Below, one piece after another: positions 8,606-18,499 of a stretch of DNA of 64,000 bases. The position numbers were made by a program, and so were the translations under genes. The notes beneath the pieces are model-generated. The model was not told where the DNA came from. It did no database searches and worked only from the letters and a program-made list of their open reading frames with translations. Each line of letters starts with the position of its first letter. The stretch's first letter is position 1. Source of the DNA: Ideonella sp. (GTDB taxonomy: Bacteria; Pseudomonadota; Gammaproteobacteria; Burkholderiales; Burkholderiaceae_C); contig JAMHWF010000005.1 in NCBI GenBank assembly GCA_035911095.1, positions 126,093 to 190,092 of the forward strand, written 5' to 3'.

Positions 8606-9907
8606 ATGACGCACGCCACCGCTTCCGACCTCGAACGCTACATGCAAGGCCTCGGCGAGGCCGCGCGCGGCGCGTCGACGCGGATGGCTGCGGCGACGAC
8701 CCAGGCCAAGAACAAGGCCCTGCTCGCGCTGGCCCGCCTGCTGCGCGAGGAGCGCGCCGCGCTCGAAGTGGCGAATGCCGCCGATGTCGCCGCCGCGCAG
8801 GCGGCCGGCCTCGCGGCGCCGATGGTCGACCGGCTGCGCCTGATCGAGCGGGTGGTCGAGCAGATGGCCGAGGGCTGCGAGCAGATCGCCGCGCTGCCCG
8901 ACCCGATCGGCGGCATGAGCGGGCTGCAGCGCCGTCCGAGCGGCATCACCGTCGGCCAGATGCGGGTGCCGCTGGGCGTGTTCGGCATGATCTACGAGAG
9001 CCGGCCGAACGTGACCGTCGACGCCGCCTCGCTCGCGGTCAAGAGCGGCAACGCCTGCATCCTGCGCGGCGGCTCGGAGGCCCAGCGCTCGAACCTCGCG
9101 CTCTGGCGCCTGACGCAGCGCGCGCTGGCCGAGGCCGGGCTGCCGGCCGAGGCGGTGCAGCTCGTCGAGACGACCGACCGCGCCGCGGTCGGCCTGCTGA
9201 TCTCGCAGCCCGCCTATGTCGACGTGATCATCCCGCGCGGCGGCAAGGGCCTGATCGAGCGCATCACGAACGAGGCGCGGGTGCCGGTCATCAAGCACCT
9301 CGACGGCAACTGCCACGTGTACGTCGACGCCGGCGCCGACCTCGAGCTGGCGGTCAAGGTGACCGACAACGCGAAGACGCAGAAGTACAGCCCCTGCAAC
9401 GCGGCCGAGTCGCTGCTGGTGCATCGCGACATCGCCCCCACCTTCCTGGCGCGCATCGGCGCGGTGTTCGCGGCCAAGGGCGTCGAGATGCGCGGCGACG
9501 CCGAGAGCCTGGCCGTCCTGCGCGACGCGCTGGCGCCCGCCGAGGGCGCGCGCCTGCTGCCGGCGACCGAGGTCGACTGGTCCGAGGAGTACCTGGCGCC
9601 GGTGATCTCGATCAAGCTCGTCGGCTCGCTCGATGAGGCGATCGCGCACATCAACCGCTACGGCTCGCACCACACCGACGCGATCCTGACCGCCGACCAC
9701 GCGCATGCGATGCGCTTCCTGCGCGAGGTCGACTCGGCCAGCGTGATGGTCAACGCCAGCACCCGCTTCGCCGACGGCTTCGAGTACGGGCTGGGCGCCG
9801 AGATCGGCATCTCGACCGACAAGTTCCACGCCCGCGGGCCGGTCGGGCTCGAGGGACTGACCTCGCTGAAGTGGATCGTCTTCGGCCAGGGGGAAGTGCG
9901 CGGCTGA
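8606..9907 (+). CDS. proA: Glutamate-5-semialdehyde dehydrogenase (gamma-glutamyl phosphate reductase)
   Basis: The match to ProA runs full length, including [58 protein letters not shown] and [11 protein letters not shown]. Confidence 0.95.
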   Translation: MTHATASDLERYMQGLGEAARGASTRMAAATTQAKNKALLALARLLREERAALEVANAADVAAAQAAGLAAPMVDRLRLIERVVEQMAEGCEQIAALPDPIGGMSGLQRRPSGITVGQMRVPLGVFGMIYESRPNVTVDAASLAVKSGNACILRGGSEAQRSNLALWRLTQRALAEAGLPAEAVQLVETTDRAAVGLLISQPAYVDVIIPRGGKGLIERITNEARVPVIKHLDGNCHVYVDAGADLELAVKVTDNAKTQKYSPCNAAESLLVHRDIAPTFLARIGAVFAAKGVEMRGDAESLAVLRDALAPAEGARLLPATEVDWSEEYLAPVISIKLVGSLDEAIAHINRYGSHHTDAILTADHAHAMRFLREVDSASVMVNASTRFADGFEYGLGAEIGISTDKFHARGPVGLEGLTSLKWIVFGQGEVRG

Positions 9908-9967
9908 AGCCGAACCGCCGCCGCTGGCGGTAGAGTGCGCGCCGATGCACGCGCTGCCCCGGCCCCG

Positions 9968-10513
9968 ATGGACACCTCGCTGACGGTCAGCCTGCTGCTG
10001 CTGGCCCTGCTGGGCTTCTGGATGATCGGCGCCTACAACCGGCTGGTCGGGCTGCGCGGCGGCATCGTCGCGGCCTGGAAAGAGTTCGAGGCTCCGCTGC
10101 GCCGGCGCCACGAGCTGCTGCCGCCGCTGCTGTCGGGGCTGCGCCAGGGGCTGCCGCAGGAGCAGCCGGCGATCGACGCGGTGCTCGCCGCCAGCGAGCA
10201 GCTCGCCGGCGCGGCCGAAGCCCTGCGCGCGCGCAGCGTCGACACCGCGGCGGCGGAGCACCTGCGGCGGGTCGAGCAGACGCTGGGCGCCGCGCTGACG
10301 CGGCTGCGCGCCCTGCTCGAGCACCATCCCGAAGCCACCGAGGACGAGTCGGTCGGCGCGGCGCTCGGCGAACTCACGACGCTCGACGAGCGGCTGCGCT
10401 TCCGGCGCCAGCTCTTCAACCAGGCCGCGCAGCGCTACAACGTGGCGATCGCGCAGTTCCCGACCAGCTTGCTGGTGCCCTTGTTCCGCTTCGTGCCGGC
10501 GGGCAGCCTTTGA
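9968..10513 (+). CDS. LemA family protein
   Basis: It has an N-terminal TM segment (LTVSLLLLALLGFWMIGAYNRLV) and the LemA C-terminal hallmark QLFNQAAQRYNVAIAQFPTSL. Confidence 0.85.
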   Translation: MDTSLTVSLLLLALLGFWMIGAYNRLVGLRGGIVAAWKEFEAPLRRRHELLPPLLSGLRQGLPQEQPAIDAVLAASEQLAGAAEALRARSVDTAAAEHLRRVEQTLGAALTRLRALLEHHPEATEDESVGAALGELTTLDERLRFRRQLFNQAAQRYNVAIAQFPTSLLVPLFRFVPAGSL

Positions 10514-10521
10514 GGGGCGAC

Positions 10522-10992
10522 ATGGGTGCGCTGTGGGTCGGGCTCGGGCGTCGGGTTCGCAGGGCGGGGCCACCGGCATGCGCCGCCCGCCGGCGCCACT
10601 CCGGCCTGGGCGCGTCGGGGCGCCCAGACCGGCGCGCCGTCGTGCACCCAGGCGAGACCCGTGCCGCGCGGGCCTGGGGTGTCGCCCTTGCGCTGGCGGT
10701 GTCCGCCGCCGTCGCGGCCGCCGCACCGGCAGACGACGCGCTGCTGCGGGACCGCGCGCTCGCCGCCACCTGCGCGGCCTGCCATGGCACCGACGGCAGG
10801 CCACCGCCCGACGCCGTCATCCCGCCGCTGGCGGGCCTCGACGCCGACGCCTTCGTGCGCCGCATGGCGGCCTTCAAGGCCGGCGCGCCGGAGGCGACCG
10901 TGATGCCGCAGATCGCGCGCGGCTACAGCGACGCGCAGATCGCGCGCCTGGCCGCCTACTTCGCGGCGCAGCCGGCCGCGCTGCGGCGCTGA
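10522..10992 (+). CDS. Class I c-type cytochrome, probable cytochrome subunit of flavocytochrome c sulfide dehydrogenase
   Basis: The haem motif CAACHG starts at TGC 10771, and the gene lies immediately upstream of fccB. The start is uncertain because the signal-like segment (RAARAWGVALALAVSAAVAAAAP) lies about 45 aa into this ORF. An in-frame GTG at 10642 would give a more typical precursor. Confidence 0.65.
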   Translation: MGALWVGLGRRVRRAGPPACAARRRHSGLGASGRPDRRAVVHPGETRAARAWGVALALAVSAAVAAAAPADDALLRDRALAATCAACHGTDGRPPPDAVIPPLAGLDADAFVRRMAAFKAGAPEATVMPQIARGYSDAQIARLAAYFAAQPAALRR

Positions 10993-11043
10993 AGCCGGGC
11001 GGCCTGGCGAACCTCCGGCACGACCGACGACGTGGTCCGCGAC

Positions 11044-12357
11044 ATGAGCTGCACCCCGCCCGCCACCCCGCTGCCCCGGCGCCGCCTGCTGCGTGGCGCT
11101 GCCGCCGGCGCGCTGGCCCTGCTCGGCGCCTGTGCCGGCGGCCCGGGGCGTGCGGCGCGCCCGCGCGTGGTCGTCGTCGGCGGCGGTTTCGGCGGGGCGA
11201 CGGCCGCGCACTACCTGCGGCGCTGGTCGGCCGGGGCGATCGACGTCGTGCTGGTCGAGCCCGACGCCGGCTTCGTCTCGTGCCCGCTCTCCAACCTCGT
11301 CATCGGCGGCAGCCACGGCCTGGACGAACTGAGCCGTGCCTACACCGGCCTCGAGCGCGCCGGCGTGCAGGTCGTGCGCGACACCGCGACCGCGATCGAC
11401 CCGGCGCACCGCAGGCTGTCGCTCGCGGCGGGCGCGCCGATCGGCTACGACCGCCTGCTGCTCTCGCCCGGCGTCGAGCTGATGGTCGACGCGGTGCCGG
11501 GCCTGCGCGCCGGGCACGATGCCGGCCGCTGGCCGACCGCCTGGCGGGCCGGCGCCGAGACCCTGGCGCTGCGCCGCCAGCTCGAGGCGATGCCCGACGG
11601 CGGCGTCTACGCGATCACGGTGCCCGAGGCGCCCTACCGCTGCCCGCCCGGGCCCTACGAGCGCGCCTGCCAGGTGGCGAGCTACTTCGCGCAGGCCAAG
11701 CCGCGCTCGAAGGTGCTGATCCTCGACGCCAACCCGGACGTCACCTCGAAGGCGGCGCTCTTCAAGGCCGTCTGGGCCCAGCGCTACCCGGGCCTCGTCG
11801 AGTACCGGCCGCAGCACCGCGTGCTGTCGGTGGCGCCGGCAGGCGGCGGCGGTGGCGGCGTGGTCGAGTTCGAGGTGCACGAACCGGTGCGTGCCGACGT
11901 GCTGAACCTGCTGCCGCCGATGCGTGCCGGTGCGCTGGCGGTGCAGGCCGGGCTGGCGAACGTCAATGCGCGCTGGTGCGGCGTCGACTTCCGGACCTTC
12001 GCCTCGCGCGTCGCGCCCGGCATCCACGTGATCGGCGACGCGATCCAGGCCGCGCCGCTGATGCCCAAGAGCGGCCACATGGCGAACGCCCATGCGAAGG
12101 TGGCGGCCGCGGCGATCGTCGCCGAGCTCGCCGGGCGCGAGCCCGACCCGGCACCGACGCTGACCAACACCTGCTACAGCTTCATCGACGCGACGGAAGT
12201 CATCCACGTCGCCAGCGTGCACGCCTACTCGGCGGCCGAGGCGACCTACCTGACGGTGCCGGGCTCGGGCGGCGTCTCGACCGGGCCGAGCGCGCTGGAG
12301 GGCCGTTACGCCTGGAACTGGGCGCATTCGATCTGGGCCGACCTGGGGCTGGCCTGA
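11044..12357 (+). CDS. fccB: Sulfide dehydrogenase [flavocytochrome c] flavoprotein subunit
   Basis: It has a Tat-type leader (PRRRLLRGAAAGALALLGA) and the FAD-binding fold VVVVGGGFGGATAAHYL. Strong FccB hallmarks are present: PYRCPPGPYERACQVASYF, LLPPMRAG and MPKSGHMANAHAKVAAAAIV. An alternative GTG start lies at 11032. Confidence 0.9.
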   Translation: MSCTPPATPLPRRRLLRGAAAGALALLGACAGGPGRAARPRVVVVGGGFGGATAAHYLRRWSAGAIDVVLVEPDAGFVSCPLSNLVIGGSHGLDELSRAYTGLERAGVQVVRDTATAIDPAHRRLSLAAGAPIGYDRLLLSPGVELMVDAVPGLRAGHDAGRWPTAWRAGAETLALRRQLEAMPDGGVYAITVPEAPYRCPPGPYERACQVASYFAQAKPRSKVLILDANPDVTSKAALFKAVWAQRYPGLVEYRPQHRVLSVAPAGGGGGGVVEFEVHEPVRADVLNLLPPMRAGALAVQAGLANVNARWCGVDFRTFASRVAPGIHVIGDAIQAAPLMPKSGHMANAHAKVAAAAIVAELAGREPDPAPTLTNTCYSFIDATEVIHVASVHAYSAAEATYLTVPGSGGVSTGPSALEGRYAWNWAHSIWADLGLA

Positions 12358-12475
12358 TAGGGCGCCCCCGTGCTTGCTCCGTTCGCTGCCCCGCGAGGGG
12401 TGGCTCGACGCCTTCGACACGGCCGCCCGGCGCTGAGGGCCGGCCGGCCTCGCGGGCCGGCCGCGCGCCCGCGCC

Positions 12476-12901
12476 TCAGGCGTGGCCCATCACCGAGGCC
12501 GTGGCGACCAGTTCCTCGAACAGCGCCATCGAGGCCTGGCCCGAGACGCAGTAGGGGTCGAGCGTCGCCGTCTCGGAGTACTTCAGCAGCAGCGCCGGGT
12601 TGAGCCGCGAGACGTTGACGCGGCCCATCGACCAGCCGGCGAAGCGGCGCTCGGCGATGTCCTGGTAGCTCAGCAGCTCCACGTCGCGGTGCCGCGGGTC
12701 GGAGGCGATGCGGTGGTAGACGCGGCTCACCGCGCCGCGCCCGCCCTCGAGCACCTGCAGGAAGATGCCGCCCGAGAAGCACAGCGCGCCGGTGACGCCG
12801 CACCTCGGGTTGTTCGCCTGCGACTGGCGCAGGATCACGCTGAGCACCTCGGCGTCGGCGGGCTCGACGGCGCGGCTCGCATACATCAGTCGCACGAGCA
12901 T
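12476..12901 (-). CDS. Short BLUF-domain blue-light (FAD) photoreceptor
   Basis: The hallmark residues are all present: Tyr in LVRLMYASRA, Gln in GGIFLQVLEG, and Trp/Met in FAGWSMG. An AAGGAG SD sits 5 nt upstream of the ATG at 12901, directly after the folE stop. Confidence 0.9.
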   Translation of the reverse strand: MLVRLMYASRAVEPADAEVLSVILRQSQANNPRCGVTGALCFSGGIFLQVLEGGRGAVSRVYHRIASDPRHRDVELLSYQDIAERRFAGWSMGRVNVSRLNPALLLKYSETATLDPYCVSGQASMALFEELVATASVMGHA

Positions 12902-12914
12902 GACGGCTCCTTGC

Positions 12915-13646
12915 CTAACGCGGCTTGTCGATCAGGGACAGGAATTCGCGGCGCAGGTTCGCGTCCTTCAGGAAGGCGCCGCGCATCACGCTGTTGGTCA
13001 TCATCGACTCGTCGTCCTTCACGCCGCGCCAGTGCATGCAGAAGTGGTCGGCCTGCATCACGATCGCCAGGCCGTCGGGGCGCACGCGCTCCTGCAGTTC
13101 GTTGGCGAGCATCGTCACCGCCTCTTCCTGGATCTGGGGCCGGCTCATGATCCAGTCGCAGATGCGGGCGTACTTCGACAGGCCGATCAGGTTCGAATGC
13201 TCGTTCGGCAGCACGCCGATCCAGACCCGCCCGAGGATCGGGCACAGGTGGTGCGAGCAGGCGCTGCGCACCTTGACCGGGCCGACGATCATCAGCTCGT
13301 TCAGTCGCTCGACGTTCGGGAACTCGGTGACGCCCGGCATCTCGGCGTAGCGCCCGGCGAAGACCTCGGAGACGAACATCTTCGCCACCCGGCGCGCGGT
13401 GTCGTTGGTGTTGTGGTCGCTCTCGGTGTCGATCACCAGCGCGCGCAGCACCTCCTGCATGCGGCCGGCGACCTCCGCCTTCAGCTCTTCGAGCTCGCCT
13501 TCGCGGATGTACGCGGCGATGTTGTCGTTCGCATGGTGGCGCTGGCCGGCGGCGAGCAGGCGCCGGCGGATGCGCTCGGAGGCCGGGGCGTCGGCCGGGT
13601 TCTCGGGCGCGGGGCGGGCGTCCGGCGTCTTGAAGGGGGCCGGCAT
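12915..13646 (-). CDS. folE: GTP cyclohydrolase I (type 1)
   Basis: It contains TARRVAKMF, VRSACSHHLCPILG, LIGLSKYARI and QADHFCMHWRGV. The ATG at 13646 has an AGGA SD. The longer ORF-track start at 13769 adds a non-homologous Arg/Pro-rich extension. Confidence 0.92.
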   Translation of the reverse strand: MPAPFKTPDARPAPENPADAPASERIRRRLLAAGQRHHANDNIAAYIREGELEELKAEVAGRMQEVLRALVIDTESDHNTNDTARRVAKMFVSEVFAGRYAEMPGVTEFPNVERLNELMIVGPVKVRSACSHHLCPILGRVWIGVLPNEHSNLIGLSKYARICDWIMSRPQIQEEAVTMLANELQERVRPDGLAIVMQADHFCMHWRGVKDDESMMTNSVMRGAFLKDANLRREFLSLIDKPR

Positions 13647-13855
13647 GGCGGTCGTCCTGTCGATGGTTCGCGTGCGGGAGGGCATTGTGACGGCTTGGTG
13701 CATGGCCCCACGGCGCGCCCGGATCGCGCGGCGGCAGGGCGGTGGCGGGTCCGGCCGGGCTGCTTGCACCTTGGGGGTCGAACACTACACTCGTCTGGAC
13801 GGGTCCCGACGGCCCGCCGGGTCGCGGCCCCGGCTCCGCCGCGCAGGAGCGCCTC

Positions 13856-14053
13856 ATGGCTCGAACCGGCCTGCTCTTTGCCTCTCTCTTCGCGCTGGCG
13901 GGCTGCGCCAGCCTCTTGCCACCGGGGACCGAAAGCGTGGTCGATCAGGCCAAGGGTGACCGCATCGAGCGCGCGGCCACCGTGACCGGCACGCGGGTCA
14001 TCTGGGTGCGGATGCCGACCGTGCGCGTTGCCGAGGCCCCGCCGGGCGGCTGA
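13856..14053 (+). CDS. Small putative lipoprotein (65 aa)
   Basis: It has a lipobox signal peptide (MARTGLLFASLFALAG|C) and an AGGAG SD about 7 nt upstream of the ATG at 13856. I recognised no family. Confidence 0.5.
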   Translation: MARTGLLFASLFALAGCASLLPPGTESVVDQAKGDRIERAATVTGTRVIWVRMPTVRVAEAPPGG

Positions 14054-14131
14054 GCACCCCGGGCACGCCCGACGGGCTGTGCGAACGGGGCAGCCCGGGC
14101 ATCTTCGCGGCCACGGGCCGCGGCGATCGGC

Positions 14132-15565
14132 ATGCCGCACACTGCGCCGCGCGGGCCGGTGGCGGCCCGGAGGCCGATCGTCTTCGTGTCCCCAGTGTCT
14201 CTTTCTAAAGCCTCCCCCCAGCCCTCCCACAGCCTGCCGCTCGCACGCCTGCTCGGCCATGCCGCCGACGCAGTGCAGTCGGTGCGGGCCGGCCGTTCGT
14301 TGACCGAGGTGCTCGCCGGCGTGCCCGAGGCGGCCCGTCCCGGCACCCAGGCGCTCGCCTTCCACGCGCTGCGCTGGCTCGGCGGCGCCCAGGCCGCGCG
14401 CGCGGTGATGGCGCCCAAGGCGCCGCCGCCGAACGTCGACGCGCTGCTCACCACCGCGCTCGCGCTGCTCTGGCCCGAGGCCGAGCCGCCGTATCCGGCG
14501 CACACCCTGGTCGACCAGGCGGTCACGCTGGTGCGCCAGCGCGCGCCGGCCGCCCAGGGCTTCGTCAACGCGGTGCTGCGGCGCTTCCTGCGCGAGCGCG
14601 ACGCCGTCGTGCAGGCCGCGCAGCGCGACCCGGTCGCCGCCTTCCAGCACCCGGCCTGGTGGATCGACCGCGTACGGCACGACTGGCCCGCCCAGTGGCA
14701 GGCGCTGCTGCGTTCGGGCAACCAGCACCCGCCGATGTGGCTGCGCGTCAACGCGCGGCGCGGCGGGGCGCAGGCCTATGTCGACAAGCTCGCCGCGGCC
14801 GGCATCGAGGCGCGGGCGGCCGGCGGTCAGGCCGTCGTGCTCGCCCGCGCCCGGCCGGTCACGCAGCTGCCCGGCTTCGCTGAAGGCGAGGTCTCGGTGC
14901 AGGACCTCTCGGCCCAGCTCGCGGCGCCGCTGCTGCTCGGCGAAGGCGGCGCGCCCGAAGCGGCGCTGCCGCCCGGCGCGCGCGTGCTCGACGCCTGCGC
15001 CGCGCCGGGCGGCAAGACGGCGCACCTGCTCGAACGCGCCGAGCTGGACCTGCTTGCGCTCGACAGCGACGCCCGCCGCCTCGACCGCGTCGGTCAGACC
15101 CTGCAGCGCCTGGGGCTGCGGGCGACGCTGCGCGCGGCCGACGCCCGCCGGACGGCCGACTGGTGGGACGGGCGCCCTTTCGACGCGATCCTGGTCGACG
15201 CGCCCTGCAGCGGCTCGGGCGTGGTGCGCCGCCACCCGGACATCCGTTGGCTGCGTCGGGCCGACGACATCGCGGCGTTGGTGCGCGTCCAGGCCGAGCT
15301 GCTCGACGCGCTGTGGCCGACCCTGGCGCCCGGAGGGCGCCTGCTCTACGCGACCTGCTCGGTGTTCCGTGCCGAGGGCCAGGCGCAGATCGACGCTTTT
15401 TTGCAACGTCGTTCGGACGCCGGCCCCGTGGCGAGCCCGGTCGCGCCCGGCCATCTGCTGCCCCTCGCCGACAATGGCCCGCAAACGCCGGCGGTGACCG
15501 CTGGCGTCCCAGACCCGGCGCCAGGGGACGGATTCTTCTACGCGCTGCTCGAAAAGACCCGCTGA
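14132..15565 (+). CDS. rsmB: 16S rRNA (cytosine967-C5)-methyltransferase
   Basis: An N-terminal NusB-like region is followed by the SAM-MTase core (VLDACAAPGGKTAHL, ILVDAPCSGSGVVRRHPDIRW, LLYATCSV). The start may instead be an in-frame GTG at 14186 or 14195. Confidence 0.9.
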   Translation: MPHTAPRGPVAARRPIVFVSPVSLSKASPQPSHSLPLARLLGHAADAVQSVRAGRSLTEVLAGVPEAARPGTQALAFHALRWLGGAQAARAVMAPKAPPPNVDALLTTALALLWPEAEPPYPAHTLVDQAVTLVRQRAPAAQGFVNAVLRRFLRERDAVVQAAQRDPVAAFQHPAWWIDRVRHDWPAQWQALLRSGNQHPPMWLRVNARRGGAQAYVDKLAAAGIEARAAGGQAVVLARARPVTQLPGFAEGEVSVQDLSAQLAAPLLLGEGGAPEAALPPGARVLDACAAPGGKTAHLLERAELDLLALDSDARRLDRVGQTLQRLGLRATLRAADARRTADWWDGRPFDAILVDAPCSGSGVVRRHPDIRWLRRADDIAALVRVQAELLDALWPTLAPGGRLLYATCSVFRAEGQAQIDAFLQRRSDAGPVASPVAPGHLLPLADNGPQTPAVTAGVPDPAPGDGFFYALLEKTR

Positions 15566-15650
15566 CCCAAGCCCCGTGGCCCGCCTCGACAAGGCAAGAC
15601 TGCAGCGGACGGGCCCGCGCCGCTCCGGTCGCGTCCCGCCGGGCGACGCC

Positions 15651-16223
15651 ATGCCCGGGCGGCGTCGCTTTCTCGCCGGGCTCGGGCTGCTGGTGCTGGG
15701 CGGGGCCGGCGGCCCGTTCGCACCCGGCGCCGCCAGGGCGCAGGGCGCGCACCCGCCGCAGCTGACCGCCTTCGAGCTGCGCCGCGCCGCGGACGGCCTG
15801 CATCTGAGCTTCCAGACCCGCTTCGAGCTGCCGCGCGCGGTCGAGGATGCGCTGGTCAAGGGCGTGCCGCTCTATTTCGCGGCCGAGGCGCTGACCTACC
15901 GGTCGCGCTGGTACTGGCGCGATGCCCGCGTCGCGCGCGCCAGCCGCGTCTGGCGCCTGGCCTGGCAGCCGCTGACGCGCAGCTACCGCGTGAGCTTCGG
16001 CGGCCTGCACCAGACCTTCGAGACGCTGCCCGACGCGATGGCCGCGCTGCGCGGCGTCGGCGACTGGCGCATCGCCGACGCGACCCAGATCGAGGACGGC
16101 GTCGACTACGTCGAGTTCCGCTACCGGCTGGACACCGACGAGCTGCCCCGCCCGATGCAGATCGGCATGGTCGGGCAGGAAGACTGGGCGCTCGCGGTCG
16201 AGCGCATCGAGACGCTGAAATGA
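15651..16223 (+). CDS. DUF4390 domain-containing periplasmic protein
   Basis: It has a Tat-like leader (MPGRRRFLAGLGLLVLGG). The body matches my recollection of DUF4390 (LYFAAEALTYRSRWYWRD, YRVSFGGLHQTF). It sits in the conserved position between rsmB and the ntrY-like kinase, and its stop overlaps the kinase start (ATGA). Confidence 0.75.
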   Translation: MPGRRRFLAGLGLLVLGGAGGPFAPGAARAQGAHPPQLTAFELRRAADGLHLSFQTRFELPRAVEDALVKGVPLYFAAEALTYRSRWYWRDARVARASRVWRLAWQPLTRSYRVSFGGLHQTFETLPDAMAALRGVGDWRIADATQIEDGVDYVEFRYRLDTDELPRPMQIGMVGQEDWALAVERIETLK

Positions 16224-18493
16224 CGCGCGGCGCCCGCTGGGGCTGGATCGTCGCGGCCGTCGCCGTCGCCGGCGCGGCGCTGGTGCTCGGCTACCTGCTG
16301 TCGGTGGCGACCGACAACCGCGAGCTGTTCGAGCGCCACTACGTCTGGCTGTTCTGGGTCAACGTCGCGATCGCCGGGCTGCTCGCCTTCGTGATCGGTC
16401 TGGCGGTGGTGCGCCTGACGAAGCGGCTGCGGCGCGGCAAGTTCGGCAGCCGCCTGCTCGCCAAGCTGGCCGGCATCTTCGCCCTCGTTGGCGTGCTGCC
16501 GGGCCTCTTGATCTACGGCGTCTCGTACAGCTTCGTCTCGCGCAGCATCGAGACCTGGTTCGACGTGCAGGTCGAGGGCGCGCTGGACGCCGGGCTCGAC
16601 CTCGGCCGCGGCACGATCGACGCCTTCGTCGATGACCTGGCAGACAAGACGCGGCTCGCCGCCGAGCGGCTCGGCGAGGGCAGCGGCAACCCGCCGCCGC
16701 TGGTGCTCGAGCGGGTGCGAGAGCAGCTCTCGGCGCTCGAGGTGATCGTGCTCGACGGCAGCGGGCAGGTGCTGACGATGGTCGGCGGCAACGACTCGAT
16801 CTCGCCGCAGCGGCCTTCGGCGGCGCTGCTGCGCCAGGCGCGCAGCAGCCGCGTCGCAAGCCAGCTCGAAGGCCTGGAGGACGACGCGAGCACCACCGGC
16901 GGCGTGCCGAACGCGCGCGCGCGGGCACTGGCGCCGATCCCCACCAGCGGCTTCACGCTCGAGCGCGAGGGCCGCTTCCTGATGGTCACGAAGCCGCTGC
17001 CGGGCCAGGTCGCGGCCAACGCGCTGGCGGTGCAGAAGGCCTACAGCGAATACCAGCAGCGCTCGTTCGCGCGCGACGCGCTGCGCCGCATGTACATCGG
17101 CACGCTGACCCTGGTGCTGGTGCTGTCGGTGTTCTGCGCGGTGCTGCTCGCGGTGCTGCTGGGCAACCAGCTCGCGCGGCCGCTGCTGCTGCTGGCCGAA
17201 GGCGTGCGCCAGGTGGCGCGCGGCGACCTGACGCGCAAGCAGGTCTTCGAGTCGCGCGACGAGCTGGGCGGGCTCACCCGCTCGTTCGCCGAGATGACCG
17301 ACCAGCTCTCCGAGGCGCGCGAGCTCGCCCAACGCAGCCTGACCCAGCTCGAGCGCGCGCGCACGCGGCTGCAGACGATCCTAGACAACCTCAGCGCCGG
17401 GGTCATCGTGTTCGCGCACGACCGCCGGATCGAGATGGTCAATCCCGGGGCGACGCGCATCCTGCGCCTGCCGCTGTCCGCCTATGTGGGCCGCGGCCTG
17501 CAGGAGGTGCCGGGCCTGGCCGACTTCGAGCACGCGGTGCACCAGCGCTTCGAGCTGCACCGTGCGAGCCCCGAGGCGGGCGAGCGTGACCAGTGGCAGG
17601 ACGCCTTCGAGCTGCAGACCGCCGCCGATCGCGACACGCTGACGCTGCTGGTGCGCGGCGCGGCGCTGCCCCAGCGCGCCCGCCTGCTCGTCTTCGACGA
17701 CATCAGTGAAGTCGTCTCGGCGCAGCGCTCGGCCGCGTGGAGCGAGGTGGCGCGGCGCCTCGCGCACGAGATCAAGAACCCGCTGACGCCGATCCAGCTC
17801 TCGGCCGAGCGCCTCGAGCACCGGCTCGCGGCCAAGCTCGAGGGCAACGACCAGGCGATGCTGGTGCGTTCGGTGGCGACGATCGTCAATCAGGTGCAGG
17901 CGATGAAGCGGCTGGTCGACGAGTTCCGCGACTACGCGCGCCTGCCGGCGGCGCAGCTGCGGCCGCTCGACCTCAGTGCCCTCGTCGTCGAGGTGCTCGC
18001 GCTCTATGCCGGGCCGCAGGAAAGCGGCCGCCTGAGCGCCGACTGCGCCCCCGGCGTGCCGTGGATCGTCGGCGACGCGACCCAGCTGCGCCAGGTGATC
18101 CACAACCTGGTGCAGAACGGGCTCGACGCCGTCGCGGAACGCGCCGACGGCCACGTCAGCATCGCCACCGAGGCCGTGCATGGCGAAGCGGGCGACGTGC
18201 ACGCGGTGCGGCTGAAGGTCAGCGACAACGGTCCGGGCTTTGCCGAGAAGGTGCTGAAGCGGGCCTTCGAGCCCTATGTGACGACAAAGTCGAAGGGCAC
18301 CGGGCTCGGTCTGGCGGTGGTGCGCAAGATCGCCGACGAGCACGGTGCGCGGCTGCGCGTTGCCAACCTTGGGTCGGGCCGGCCGGACGACCCGGGGAAC
18401 GGCGCGCAAGTTTCGCTATCATTTTCGAAGTTGGCTCCTCCGCAGGGCCTCCCCGGCGTTGCAGACGACGCTGCAGCCGAGCAGGCGCACTGA
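16220..18493 (+). CDS. NtrY-like sensor histidine kinase (TM-HAMP-PAS-HisKA-HATPase)
   Basis: It starts with N-terminal TM segments, followed by a HAMP-like region (LARPLLLLAEGVRQVARGDL) and a PAS region. The H-box is EVARRLAHEIKNPLTPIQLSAERL, the N-box is HNLVQNGLDA, and the G-boxes are DNGPGF and GTGLGLAVV. Confidence 0.9.
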   Translation: MTRGARWGWIVAAVAVAGAALVLGYLLSVATDNRELFERHYVWLFWVNVAIAGLLAFVIGLAVVRLTKRLRRGKFGSRLLAKLAGIFALVGVLPGLLIYGVSYSFVSRSIETWFDVQVEGALDAGLDLGRGTIDAFVDDLADKTRLAAERLGEGSGNPPPLVLERVREQLSALEVIVLDGSGQVLTMVGGNDSISPQRPSAALLRQARSSRVASQLEGLEDDASTTGGVPNARARALAPIPTSGFTLEREGRFLMVTKPLPGQVAANALAVQKAYSEYQQRSFARDALRRMYIGTLTLVLVLSVFCAVLLAVLLGNQLARPLLLLAEGVRQVARGDLTRKQVFESRDELGGLTRSFAEMTDQLSEARELAQRSLTQLERARTRLQTILDNLSAGVIVFAHDRRIEMVNPGATRILRLPLSAYVGRGLQEVPGLADFEHAVHQRFELHRASPEAGERDQWQDAFELQTAADRDTLTLLVRGAALPQRARLLVFDDISEVVSAQRSAAWSEVARRLAHEIKNPLTPIQLSAERLEHRLAAKLEGNDQAMLVRSVATIVNQVQAMKRLVDEFRDYARLPAAQLRPLDLSALVVEVLALYAGPQESGRLSADCAPGVPWIVGDATQLRQVIHNLVQNGLDAVAERADGHVSIATEAVHGEAGDVHAVRLKVSDNGPGFAEKVLKRAFEPYVTTKSKGTGLGLAVVRKIADEHGARLRVANLGSGRPDDPGNGAQVSLSFSKLAPPQGLPGVADDAAAEQAH

Positions 18494-18499
18494 CACTTC

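Noticed and set aside
12437-12463. GGCCGGCC-rich palindrome between convergent fccB and the BLUF gene, and similar GC hairpins at about 6201-6223 and about 58828-58846, as intrinsic terminators.
   Set aside because: The stems are plausible, but none is followed by a U-tract. In DNA this GC-rich such hairpins arise easily, so they are left as unconfirmed rather than listed as features.
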